From NCBI GenBank assembly GCA_002788855.1, contig PFSB01000017.1:35739-99738 (forward strand): a stretch of 64,000 bases of DNA, read 5' to 3'. The notes under the pieces were generated by a model. It was not told the DNA's origin. It was given only the letters and a program-made list of their open reading frames with translations, and ran no database searches. The position numbers were made by a program, and so were the translations under genes. The stretch comes from Candidatus Roizmanbacteria bacterium CG_4_9_14_0_2_um_filter_38_17 (lineage in GTDB: Bacteria > Patescibacteriota > Microgenomatia > GCA-00278855). Shown in pieces: positions 47,886 through 56,890 of the stretch (the first letter of the stretch is position 1; every line of letters starts with the position of its first letter).

Positions 47886-49664
47886 TTATTCAAGTTGAAA
47901 AGAGTAGATTGTGTCTTTGGATAATAGATACACAGTATTGGCTGATTCTGAGACGGTAAAATCTAGTATATTATCTAGCTCTTTCCAGCTATACTGCGCT
48001 TTATATAATCCGTCTTCTCCTAGTGTTATTATTCTGTTGCCATCTAAAAGATATAAATTGTCTAGTTCAGGAGTTTTAACCAATTTCATGTTACTCCCAA
48101 GTTTTTGCTCTAAACCTCGAATATAATAAGAATCACGCCGACCTCCAATAAATTTTAGAATCTGAGAGCCAGAAGGTGAACCCGAAACAACCCAAATCGC
48201 CCCATCAATAGCAAATGTTTGTGGTTCCAATATTTTATAATCACCCAATAAATATGATTTTTTAGAAGAAAAGGTATCCCCAGCAGAAAGATATTTCCAG
48301 ATAGACCCATCGCTGCTTAATAGATACATATTCCCACCAAAGTATTTTAGATCAACAGCTTCTCCCCACTCTTCATCCTTTTCAATAATAGTTTGATCAT
48401 TAATTCCAACTATATTTACACCCTTGTCTGTGAGCATATATAAGCTAGAATTAGCTCCGGTAAGGTTGCTTGCTTTTATGAGCCAACTCCCACCGGCAAC
48501 AACTTCGCTTTTCTTTGTCTGTGCATCCAACTTTGCTACAAGCTGGTTCTTAGAGCTATATAAATACAAATTTGAACCTATTAGGTCTAGTTCATCAGCA
48601 CTGAGATTATCACGCAAAAGTGAGAGCTCAAAAAAAAGCTTGGGCTCTACTTGGTATGTTGCGGTTGCGGCTACTTGGGCATCTTTTAATTTTTGAAGCA
48701 GCTCTTCAACTTGCTTGTATTCAGAATCATTTTTATCTATTTTAAGTAGAAGCTCAGTTAACACTTGTTCTCCTTGGCCCAGAACACTGCGAGCGCGAAT
48801 GCGATTTAATTCAATCAGAGCTGTTCCCTCCTCTAACTTATGCTCGGCCATTGCAATAGATGTTGAAACTTGATCTTGAGAAACGCTTGGCGTGCTTATC
48901 CAACGGACTAATAGAAAAATTGTGGCAGCGATGATAACAAACGCCATGGTTTTAATGGGATAACGACTAATTAAACGCTTTGCGCGGCGCAACTGACGTG
49001 TGAAATTAGTGATCCTATGAATATTTCTGGTTATCCCTGGCAAAACAGCTGCAAGCTTCATTCTTGGTAGTTTAATTTTTATTGGCTGGTCTGCCTTTGC
49101 AATACCTGTGATCTGTAGCAATAACCCTACAGCTTCAAGCTTAGTTTTGTTTTTATTCTGAACTAGCTGTATTTCGTCAATAAGTTCGTCTATACTATCA
49201 ATATCTACGAGCTGCCTAATAAAATTAGCTTTGCCCATAGACTCGAGTCCAGGGGTATCAATGAGAGCCAGTCTGTCTCCATCTTGAAGCTTGCCTTGTG
49301 TCTGCCCACTTTTATCCAGCAACTCTATGGCTTGACCATTGCGAATTAAAAGAACTGTGGCGTTTGATGTATGCACAGTTACCGAATTAGTGTCAATAGA
49401 TACGTGTAGCGCGCCTATTGTCTCGATCTGATCTTGAAATGAAGCTAATAGTTTGTCTATTAATTGTTTGCGAGTGCCATTATTAAACTGCAAGTAACCG
49501 TTAATGGATAAACCATGAAACATCTGATTTATTAACAAGTGCCGACCTTCGGAGCTGGGAGCTGATTTGAGTTTGAGAATAACACCATAGTTATGCTGAA
49601 AATACGCTTGTGACCACACCTGGTGGCCACATATTAATGAGGCAGAGTGAAGCTTGAGGCTCAT
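47886..49664 (-). CDS. Hypothetical bitopic membrane protein (cytoplasmic N-domain, one TM, repeat-rich extracytoplasmic domain)
   Basis: It has an ORF only, with a TM helix near residue 240. It contains the repeat motif on the opposite strand at 49506-49527. Confidence 0.3.
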   Translation of the reverse strand: MSLKLHSASLICGHQVWSQAYFQHNYGVILKLKSAPSSEGRHLLINQMFHGLSINGYLQFNNGTRKQLIDKLLASFQDQIETIGALHVSIDTNSVTVHTSNATVLLIRNGQAIELLDKSGQTQGKLQDGDRLALIDTPGLESMGKANFIRQLVDIDSIDELIDEIQLVQNKNKTKLEAVGLLLQITGIAKADQPIKIKLPRMKLAAVLPGITRNIHRITNFTRQLRRAKRLISRYPIKTMAFVIIAATIFLLVRWISTPSVSQDQVSTSIAMAEHKLEEGTALIELNRIRARSVLGQGEQVLTELLLKIDKNDSEYKQVEELLQKLKDAQVAATATYQVEPKLFFELSLLRDNLSADELDLIGSNLYLYSSKNQLVAKLDAQTKKSEVVAGGSWLIKASNLTGANSSLYMLTDKGVNIVGINDQTIIEKDEEWGEAVDLKYFGGNMYLLSSDGSIWKYLSAGDTFSSKKSYLLGDYKILEPQTFAIDGAIWVVSGSPSGSQILKFIGGRRDSYYIRGLEQKLGSNMKLVKTPELDNLYLLDGNRIITLGEDGLYKAQYSWKELDNILDFTVSESANTVYLLSKDTIYSFQLE

Positions 49665-49903
49665 AGCATAATTAAGCCCAGAATAAAGACACCGATGGCT
49701 AGAAAAAGATGAAAAATACTGATTAGGTTAAAAAGTGGAGAGGCCCCAAGCTTAATTGATTGTATCATTAAGTTAACTTGCCTCCAGACTGCGAATGCAA
49801 AAAAAATGTACATAAAAGCAATTGTAATTAGCATAAATTTGGCAATACCACCTGGGGTTATGCTTGTCAATAAGTCTAAAAATAAATTACTATTCAAGTT
49901 CAT
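49661..49903 (-). CDS. Small hydrophobic membrane protein
   Basis: It is an 80-aa ORF with two predicted TM helices and is start/stop coupled to its neighbours. Confidence 0.25.
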   Translation of the reverse strand: MNLNSNLFLDLLTSITPGGIAKFMLITIAFMYIFFAFAVWRQVNLMIQSIKLGASPLFNLISIFHLFLAIGVFILGLIML

Positions 49904-50480
49904 CTTTATGTTTAGCTATAAATGCTTGTGCTTTTGATGGTTCGTTTTGCTCCCAAACTTCTAGAATTTTCCTGACAACAGCAGCCGGATCTGGAACGTC
50001 TTCAAAGTCTAGATTTGGTTTAGCGCCAGCTGTCTGAATAAATACATCTCCAAAGTTAAAAGTTGTTCTGACGAAACCTGTTCGTCTGAAAGTAATATCT
50101 TCCAGTTGAGTAATTCTCGTCGCGGTTTCTTCTTTCGATAGTAAGGATGGAAACTCAATATCCACCAGCCTATGGTTGGTAACCAGATCAACGTCATAAA
50201 ACCAAAGCAAGAAGCGCATAAATGCATAGCCAAATGTACTCATATACCATATGAATAAAATATAGATAATTAGGTTGAAAGTTATAAACGTAGGCAGAAC
50301 ACCAATTTCAAGTATTAGTGGCACGATGAGCAAAGGCGTAAGCGCTAATAAAATTGCGCTGACTATCCAGGAAATTTGAGTAATGGGATGGCGACGCAAT
50401 AATAATACAATATCTTCGTCACTTGTTTGTGTCTCAAATCGTAATCCCCGTGGTTTATGTATAAAACTTGCAAGTATCAT
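49890..50480 (-). CDS. Bacterial PH-domain (YdbS/bPH_2-like) membrane protein
   Basis: It has two N-terminal TM helices followed by a PH-like domain (DVDLVTNHRLVDIEF...). Confidence 0.45.
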   Translation of the reverse strand: MILASFIHKPRGLRFETQTSDEDIVLLLRRHPITQISWIVSAILLALTPLLIVPLILEIGVLPTFITFNLIIYILFIWYMSTFGYAFMRFLLWFYDVDLVTNHRLVDIEFPSLLSKEETATRITQLEDITFRRTGFVRTTFNFGDVFIQTAGAKPNLDFEDVPDPAAVVRKILEVWEQNEPSKAQAFIAKHKDELE

Positions 50481-52237
50481 TTTCTTTCTATATTATACAG
50501 TGGTCCTACAATTTGAATATTTGCCGGTGCCCTTAGATTGAAATAGCTTTTAAATTCATCTCCATTAAAACTAATTCCATTAATATTCACACTCGTTGTT
50601 CTACCGTTCCCAAAATCTGCTCCGACAGAAACACTAGTAGCATTATCTATTGGCGACCCTCCCCTACTTCTTAGTTCTTGTTTCACTTTGTCTTCATTCC
50701 AGACTTCACCCCCATAAGGATGTGCTTTGTCAGTTTGGTAAAAATGATCGCCCAAATTACTGTCTTTCTTTGCCAGCATTATCACATTGGCAATATCCGC
50801 AACTTCATTTGGTTTTAGCCATGCTGATTTACCATATTCACCGCGCGAACCTTGAGCAGCATAGAAACATGGTGAATCTTTATCATATGCTTTACTATTA
50901 AGATCTTCAAAACTATTTGCGCTTCCGTTTGTATCTTGGGTTCTTTTGGTCCAACTCTTGTTTGATCCCCATACATCTGCTGAACTATAAGTATAGCCTC
51001 CATCGGTTGATGAATACCAAGCTATTATAATCTCACCTCCATTAGTTAAAACCTTACCTGCAGTATCATTTACTGCTTGCTCCCATGCGCCACCTTTTGG
51101 ATCAGTTTTAAATACCTGACAGTATTGATTAGCACAGATAGATTTTCGTCCTCTATCTGTTTGGGCTATAACATATGAGCGAGCGGCAATTGCCTGTGCC
51201 TTTAAAGCTTCACTTGGCCAACTTGCTGGGACTTCGTATATTCTTTTGATATATTCTTCTAGATTTCCACTCCAGATAACATTCCCAGCATCATATCCAT
51301 TCCCATCGTTAACATTGATGGTTGTTTCTATTTGTTGGGATCCATCAAAGCTGTAGTATGCATTTAAAATTGCTTCTGCATTTTGTCCTGCTTGAGCCCT
51401 ACCCAACGCCCCGTATTGGTTCATACCCACTCTGTGCGGAATTCCGTAAGTATAAAAAGCAAGTGCTGGAGAAAATCCAGGATCAATTTTTCTATCATCT
51501 GTGCAAAATAGTGCCCCTGCTCCTAAGCTTATTGGTAAGTTTAAGTTTCCTAATCTTGCGGACAAAATACTTTGTTGGCGGGCAGAAAGCTGGGCAATTT
51601 GGCCTTGTAAATCCGACTGGTATGCTTTTGCTCCCGCTACTTCTTTACGAAAGAAAGCAGCTTGTTCATCTGTTTTTTCTTTTACTATCGCAAGTCGGAC
51701 TTTTTCACTTTTAAGCTCTTCTTTCTTCTCTTCCAGGTTTTTAATAAACAATACTAATTGCACAATTTCGTTACGGTCTTGTTCGAGAACTCGCTTGTTA
51801 TATCCAGCTAGACGAATGGTCTCACCCAAGCTTGCTTTTGTCCCGAACAGCATCTGGATAGTTAAACTGTCTAGCCTTTTATCTTTAATAAAGAACTCGC
51901 GGATGCGCTTTTCAAGTAAGACTTGTTTCTGTGTTAGATTCTTATCTCCCTCATCTATCTTGCGCTCTTTATCTTTAAAACTGGCCTCAACTCGTTTAAT
52001 ACCATCCTGAATATTAGCTAAGTTCTGTTCTAATCCCTTTAGGGTTGTTTCAAGTGGAGCTGTGGCAGATTGACTTTGTTCTAGCTTATTAGATAGATTA
52101 GCAAGCTCCTTTTCAATATCCTCCAGTTCTCCAGCTTGAGCAAAGTTCGTAAACAGTAAAGAGTGAAAAGTAAAGAGAATAAGAATAGCTATAATTGCTA
52201 TGTTTTTTAGTCGCAAAATTTTATTTATAGCTCTCAT
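50477..52237 (-). CDS. SpoIID/LytB-domain protein with long N-terminal coiled coil
   Basis: It has a signal/anchor, about 200 aa of heptad-rich sequence (EnvC-like), and a C-terminal SpoIID-like block (AWYSSTDGGYTYSS). Confidence 0.5.
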   Translation of the reverse strand: MRAINKILRLKNIAIIAILILFTFHSLLFTNFAQAGELEDIEKELANLSNKLEQSQSATAPLETTLKGLEQNLANIQDGIKRVEASFKDKERKIDEGDKNLTQKQVLLEKRIREFFIKDKRLDSLTIQMLFGTKASLGETIRLAGYNKRVLEQDRNEIVQLVLFIKNLEEKKEELKSEKVRLAIVKEKTDEQAAFFRKEVAGAKAYQSDLQGQIAQLSARQQSILSARLGNLNLPISLGAGALFCTDDRKIDPGFSPALAFYTYGIPHRVGMNQYGALGRAQAGQNAEAILNAYYSFDGSQQIETTINVNDGNGYDAGNVIWSGNLEEYIKRIYEVPASWPSEALKAQAIAARSYVIAQTDRGRKSICANQYCQVFKTDPKGGAWEQAVNDTAGKVLTNGGEIIIAWYSSTDGGYTYSSADVWGSNKSWTKRTQDTNGSANSFEDLNSKAYDKDSPCFYAAQGSRGEYGKSAWLKPNEVADIANVIMLAKKDSNLGDHFYQTDKAHPYGGEVWNEDKVKQELRSRGGSPIDNATSVSVGADFGNGRTTSVNINGISFNGDEFKSYFNLRAPANIQIVGPLYNIERK

Positions 52238-53082
52238 TTGTTCATTAAACCAAGAAGTTGACGATTATTCTGATATAGTTTATGAAAGTTATTAGCAAAA
52301 TTTTCTACAAATGAGCTATCGGTGAAAAATGGCAGAAGATCTTCTTTTAAGTAATTCGATTTTATGGCTTGAATGTTTTTATCGAGCAATGTTTGTATTT
52401 CTGCTGTTTTGCTAATTTTTGTAATATCCTTCAATCGCTTTAGATTAGGCTCTACTCTCTGTTCCATAAACCAGATAAGATCGTAATAGTCTCTTCCTTT
52501 AAAAGTAATTAAACCTCCTTTGTCTTTGCGAAATGTGCGTTGAAGTATAGCAGCAATTTTAGAAGAGCACATATCGGCTAAAGAATATCTGTTAATAATA
52601 AAATTAAAGTCTCCGATGTTCTTAATAGAAATTTCCTTCATATAATACTTACTATCCAGTGGGCCCAGATCAATTCGCACAAAAAGAACATTGCTGTCGC
52701 TAGGAGTAATATTTAAACCTACCCGGTCTAACATGGGAAACTTTAGGTACATCTGACTCTTATTCCCTGCTAACTTAAATTCAAAATCTTTCACTTGTAG
52801 ACTGCCAACAAAGTAGTTTGTTAAATCTCTCTCAAATCTAGAAATTGATAGATTATTAAAGTTTGCTACATCAAAATCCAGGTCTTCTGATAATCTGGGT
52901 AGTCCAAAACAGAAACGCAGAGCTGTTCCACCTTTAAAAATAAAGCTTTTACCATATCTAGAGCTGTAGACGTAGTTTAATACATATCCCTGCAATGCTT
53001 CTTTTAGCAGATTCCTTAAATATGGTGGACTAGCGCTTTTTTTGTTTAGCTGGACTATGCTGGAAAGTTTATTTATTAACAT
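52234..53082 (-). CDS. AbiEii/AbiGii-family nucleotidyltransferase toxin (type IV TA)
   Basis: It has GGTALRFCFGLPRLSEDLDFDV, the DUF1814 signature. Confidence 0.75.
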   Translation of the reverse strand: MLINKLSSIVQLNKKSASPPYLRNLLKEALQGYVLNYVYSSRYGKSFIFKGGTALRFCFGLPRLSEDLDFDVANFNNLSISRFERDLTNYFVGSLQVKDFEFKLAGNKSQMYLKFPMLDRVGLNITPSDSNVLFVRIDLGPLDSKYYMKEISIKNIGDFNFIINRYSLADMCSSKIAAILQRTFRKDKGGLITFKGRDYYDLIWFMEQRVEPNLKRLKDITKISKTAEIQTLLDKNIQAIKSNYLKEDLLPFFTDSSFVENFANNFHKLYQNNRQLLGLMNK

Positions 53083-53707
53083 ATTTTGCTATCCTCTCCA
53101 TCTTAGCAGAATTAGATAATTTCACGTAGCTCTTGAATTCTCTAATATCTTCATCCTGTAGCTGACTCCAGTTAATTCGTAAAGATGCTTTAATTTCTGT
53201 TTCTAGGTCTTTACCTAAGTTACGTTTTAGATATAAGAAATCAAATAGTGTTTTAGCTTTTGTGGCGATTGCTATAGTGTATGTATCTCCGCTTACTATT
53301 GAATATCCTGTAAATAATTTATTCTTAATACTCCGATAAGCAAAACTGCCTAGCTGGTTTTGAAACAGCCGGGTTGATTTATTTGTTATGCTTGTGATTT
53401 GGTAGGTTGCTTCAGGAATTAAATTATATTTACTAAGCATGTACTCAAGAGAAAGATAAGAAGGATAACGCAGGATATTTGCTACGTATTCTAGGTAGAG
53501 TTCTTTATTAGACACAGAACTATAATACGGATCAGTAACGTACATGCCCTTTTTTAGACTAATTAAATAACCTTTATTAGCAAGCTGCTCAATTTTTTTA
53601 TCAAGATTCTTACCATCCTTTCCAATAAGCATCCCCGCCGTTGACTTAGTGAAGTACGGTAGCAGCTCAAGCTGAGCCTGATCTTTTATTCCAGATATGC
53701 TAATCAT
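53069..53707 (-). CDS. AbiEi-like antitoxin / transcriptional regulator
   Basis: It lies immediately upstream of the AbiEii gene with a 14-nt overlap. The size and position are as in abiEi-abiEii pairs. Sequence assignment is weak. Confidence 0.45.
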   Translation of the reverse strand: MISISGIKDQAQLELLPYFTKSTAGMLIGKDGKNLDKKIEQLANKGYLISLKKGMYVTDPYYSSVSNKELYLEYVANILRYPSYLSLEYMLSKYNLIPEATYQITSITNKSTRLFQNQLGSFAYRSIKNKLFTGYSIVSGDTYTIAIATKAKTLFDFLYLKRNLGKDLETEIKASLRINWSQLQDEDIREFKSYVKLSNSAKMERIAKYVNK

Positions 53708-53795
53708 AGTGTAGTAATTATGGAATAGATGTTAGAGAAAGTCAAGCATTCGTGCTCAACTTGTTTCGCCTACGAATTTGCGCTACACTTGAACT

Positions 53796-54323
53796 ATGAG
53801 GAAAGCTTTTATATTTTTTGTTTTGTTGATTAGTCCGTGGCTTTTTCAGGTTTCTCTGGTGTATGCTCACGAAATAGCTCCTGCTCCGCATGTGTCCATT
53901 GCTATACCAACACCTGATGCGGCTCAAAGATGTGATATTTGTGGGTCTTGCTATAACCAAGCTACGCAAGTGAATGATGAACCTGGAGACTATGATCAAT
54001 GTGTTTTGTGTTTAACAAAAAATACTGCTGGCCATCCACCTGAGCATAAATGGACGCCGTTGGGTTGTTTGCCAACGTCTCCGGGGTTATTTACCCAGGT
54101 AATATTGCGTGTATTTGTCTCCATTGTGGGTGGCGTTGCTTTCTTAGCAATTCTCTATGGTGGAGGACTAATTCTCTTCTCGAATGGGATACCAGAAAGG
54201 GTTGAGACAGGACGCAGTATTCTTATATCTTCAGTAGCGGGGGTATTACTAGTGATCTTTGCGGTATTTATATTAGAGTTTATCGGCCTGGAGATCTTCG
54301 GGTTACCAGGATTTGGAGGATGA
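53796..54323 (+). CDS. Secreted Cys-rich protein with C-terminal two-helix VirB2/TrbC-like (T4SS-pilin-type) module, paralog 1
   Basis: It has a signal peptide and a Cys-rich segment (CDICGSC...CVLC). The motif WTPLGCLPT precedes two TM helices with GG and GR loop motifs, and the protein ends GLPGFGG. Confidence 0.5.
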   Translation: MRKAFIFFVLLISPWLFQVSLVYAHEIAPAPHVSIAIPTPDAAQRCDICGSCYNQATQVNDEPGDYDQCVLCLTKNTAGHPPEHKWTPLGCLPTSPGLFTQVILRVFVSIVGGVAFLAILYGGGLILFSNGIPERVETGRSILISSVAGVLLVIFAVFILEFIGLEIFGLPGFGG

Positions 54324-54378
54324 TGGCAAATATTGGCAAATATTGGCAATTGGTGTTATAATTTAGATTGGGTAAACC

Positions 54379-54660
54379 ATGAAACATATGAGAACAGTAA
54401 ATATTTCACTACCAGAAAATTTAGCTCAGCGAATTGAAGTTTTGTTAGCACAAAAAGAGTTTGTTTCTCGCTCAGAAGTGGTACGGACAGCGTTAAGAGT
54501 ATTTTTTACGCTGGAGCAAAGAGTGGATCCAGTTGAATTAGTTCCGTTTACAAAAAAACCACTAATAGATATTAAATCTGAACTTAAAGAAGCAGGTCAT
54601 GATTCTGTTTTTGTGGATAGTGTGATAAAGGGCTTAAAGGAATCGTCTGTATATAAGTAA
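54379..54660 (+). CDS. Ribbon-helix-helix (CopG/Arc-like) DNA-binding protein
   Basis: It has VNISLPENLAQRIEVLL...SRSEVVRTALRVFF, a beta-strand followed by two helices as in RHH folds. It starts with the MKHM repeat. Confidence 0.5.
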   Translation: MKHMRTVNISLPENLAQRIEVLLAQKEFVSRSEVVRTALRVFFTLEQRVDPVELVPFTKKPLIDIKSELKEAGHDSVFVDSVIKGLKESSVYK

Positions 54661-54858
54661 TCGTAATTCATGCAAATTCTGCCGCTTAAAGCTGTTGCCA
54701 AAACATCTTAATATCTACTCATTTCGTATTGATCGTAAATGGAGAGCTATTTTTATAGTGACAAGAGATAACAAAGCAGAGATTATTGATATTAATCTAC
54801 ATTATAGGTAAGATGGATTTAGAATTTGTTGGATTTATAGGATAAAGGAGTTAATTAT

Positions 54859-56175
54859 ATGAAGTTATCAAAAATGAGCTTATTTAAGAACCGTCCCTTA
54901 TTACTTAGTTTGGTTTTGCTGTGCATCTTGTATCTAGCTAGCCCAACAAAAGCATATGCTCAAAACATCTCAATTCAACCAGAAGAATTTAGGACAACTG
55001 TTGATGAGTTTGGCATTGATCTCACAAATCTAAATCCCGATGTCGAGTATAAATTAAATATCCAATGCTTAGGTACACAAGTTGACTACAAATATAGCTT
55101 TGTGCCCAAGAGTCTAGATAGGGCCTATTGGCTAGATGAGATCCCAACATCTATTAAATTATACATTTACAAGTCAGGGCAAGGAATGAATTGTACTTTT
55201 CAATCTAATAACTACGATTCCCAGGTTCACACTGTTACTCTTACATGGGGAAGTAATGGTAAAACTCAAAAAAATTACAAAGTTTTGCCAAGAGAGAATT
55301 ACTGCAATGTTGAATTTGATAACGACAATATCGATGTTAATTTCGATCTGAGCACCGCCGGCTTTCGTATTTATCCCGTAGATGGGTATATATTTACTGG
55401 AATTCACGGAGTTATACTTAGAGATAAAGATAATACAATTATATACAATGTTACCGGTATTATCGCGGATGATGATGGTAAAATAAAAGGACATTTGGAT
55501 GAATTTGGAGAATTCTCTAACCCTGGCACATATTCAGTTGAATTAATTAAAAATAGTAATCAATTATGCACTGGCTCATTTAATTTATATAGTTATTTAG
55601 AACCAACTCCAACACCAGATCCTCAATTCACAGCTGTCTGTAACCAAGGTTACGATGACTACTTGTCTAAGTCTGAAAATTCTGGCAAGACCGCAGCTGA
55701 ACTTCTTAGTGGCTTTTGTTCTCAGTCGCAATACTCTAGTTGCCATCAGTGTCCTCAGCCTACTCCAGGACAGCCAGGGATTAATCCAAGGGCAATTTGT
55801 GAGCAATTAGGAGATAGTAATGATCAGTCGTCGTGTTTTAAGTGTTTTGACCCAAAAAATTATGGTTCTGATGCAAATGAACGCTCTAAATCCCCTGGTT
55901 CCTGGACGGCGCTGGGGTGTATACCAACAGATACAGCGGGCTTTGTGAAGTGGTTATTGGGACCTTTCATGGGGATTGCGGGAGGAATTGCCTTTTTGTT
56001 GATCTTAAAGGGTGGATATCAGATCATGTTTTCACAAGGAAATCCGGAGTCAATTACGGATGGAAGAGATACGATAGTTGCCGCAGTCTCTGGACTTGTT
56101 GTGATAATCCTTTCAGTAGCAATTTTGGAGATAATTGGAGTGGAAATATTAAATATACCAGGATTTGGTAGATAA
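54859..56175 (+). CDS. Large secreted protein: N-terminal beta-rich domain, Cys-rich linker, and C-terminal VirB2/TrbC-like two-helix module, paralog 2
   Basis: It has a canonical RBS and a signal peptide (AYA|QN). The C-terminal 150 aa align with paralog 1 (WTALGCIPT...GGIAFLLILKGG...GR...PGFGR). Confidence 0.5.
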   Translation: MKLSKMSLFKNRPLLLSLVLLCILYLASPTKAYAQNISIQPEEFRTTVDEFGIDLTNLNPDVEYKLNIQCLGTQVDYKYSFVPKSLDRAYWLDEIPTSIKLYIYKSGQGMNCTFQSNNYDSQVHTVTLTWGSNGKTQKNYKVLPRENYCNVEFDNDNIDVNFDLSTAGFRIYPVDGYIFTGIHGVILRDKDNTIIYNVTGIIADDDGKIKGHLDEFGEFSNPGTYSVELIKNSNQLCTGSFNLYSYLEPTPTPDPQFTAVCNQGYDDYLSKSENSGKTAAELLSGFCSQSQYSSCHQCPQPTPGQPGINPRAICEQLGDSNDQSSCFKCFDPKNYGSDANERSKSPGSWTALGCIPTDTAGFVKWLLGPFMGIAGGIAFLLILKGGYQIMFSQGNPESITDGRDTIVAAVSGLVVIILSVAILEIIGVEILNIPGFGR

Positions 56176-56221
56176 TGATTATAACCGTTAATAAGTTGAC
56201 AAAAGATAACAGAAACGAGAC

Positions 56222-56327
56222 AAGGCGAGGCTTTTCACTTTAGTGGATAGCCTTGCCTTAAGCGAGTGATTGTCTTATCCGCTTAACTTAAAGGCAAGAC
56301 CTTCCATTTCATGTAGGGTCTTGCCTT
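56222..56327. repeat. Two tandem hairpins of the AAGGCAAGACC family downstream of pilin-like paralog 2 (third partial copy of the hicBA-flanking element core)
   Basis: At 56222-56259 the stem is aaggcgaggct/agccttgcctt. At 56291-56327 the stem is aaggcaagacc/ggtcttgcctt, followed by the same gtctcg tail as copies A and B. Confidence 0.6.
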
Positions 56328-56533
56328 GTCTCGCTTGTTGAATTGTGAACAGTTACTAATCTAGGGTTTGGCAGGTAGTTGATTGTGTATTATGATTACA
56401 TCATGAGAAATACTAAACAAAAACGCATGAAAGCAATAAAGATAAAAAAGCCGTTGAAACATGGCTTAAAGAAACAAGAGACGAGTGGCCGGATAGGTGG
56501 AAATCCAATGAAAGATATTGATATAATTTCATT

Positions 56534-56890
56534 ATGAATGATAAATTGGCATTAACATTACCGGGGGGGTTTGATGTAGATGTTCCTGTTCCTACGGTTG
56601 GGGCTGGGACTCCAACTCCGGATGGCTTGCTGCAGCAAGGTGGGATTAACATAGGGACAATTATTAACTCATTGCTGCCTTTGGTGTTTTGGTTTGCCGG
56701 AATTTTGTTATTTGTTTATCTTATTTATGGAGGGTACAAGATGCTTACCTCGATGGGAGATGAAGGAGCTATAGAAGAAGCAAAAGGCACGATTACCAAT
56801 GCAATTCTGGGGATAGCTATTGTATTTGTGGCATACTTTGTAGCCCAATGGATGGCGAGTGTTTTTGGAATCAACGACCTGTTTGGTTAA
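56534..56890 (+). CDS. Small VirB2/TrbC-like two-TM pilin-type protein, paralog 3
   Basis: It has a Gly/Pro/Thr-rich N-terminus followed by two TM helices. The loop (LIYGGYKMLTSMGDEGAIEEAKG) resembles those of paralogs 1 and 2. Confidence 0.4.
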   Translation: MNDKLALTLPGGFDVDVPVPTVGAGTPTPDGLLQQGGINIGTIINSLLPLVFWFAGILLFVYLIYGGYKMLTSMGDEGAIEEAKGTITNAILGIAIVFVAYFVAQWMASVFGINDLFG

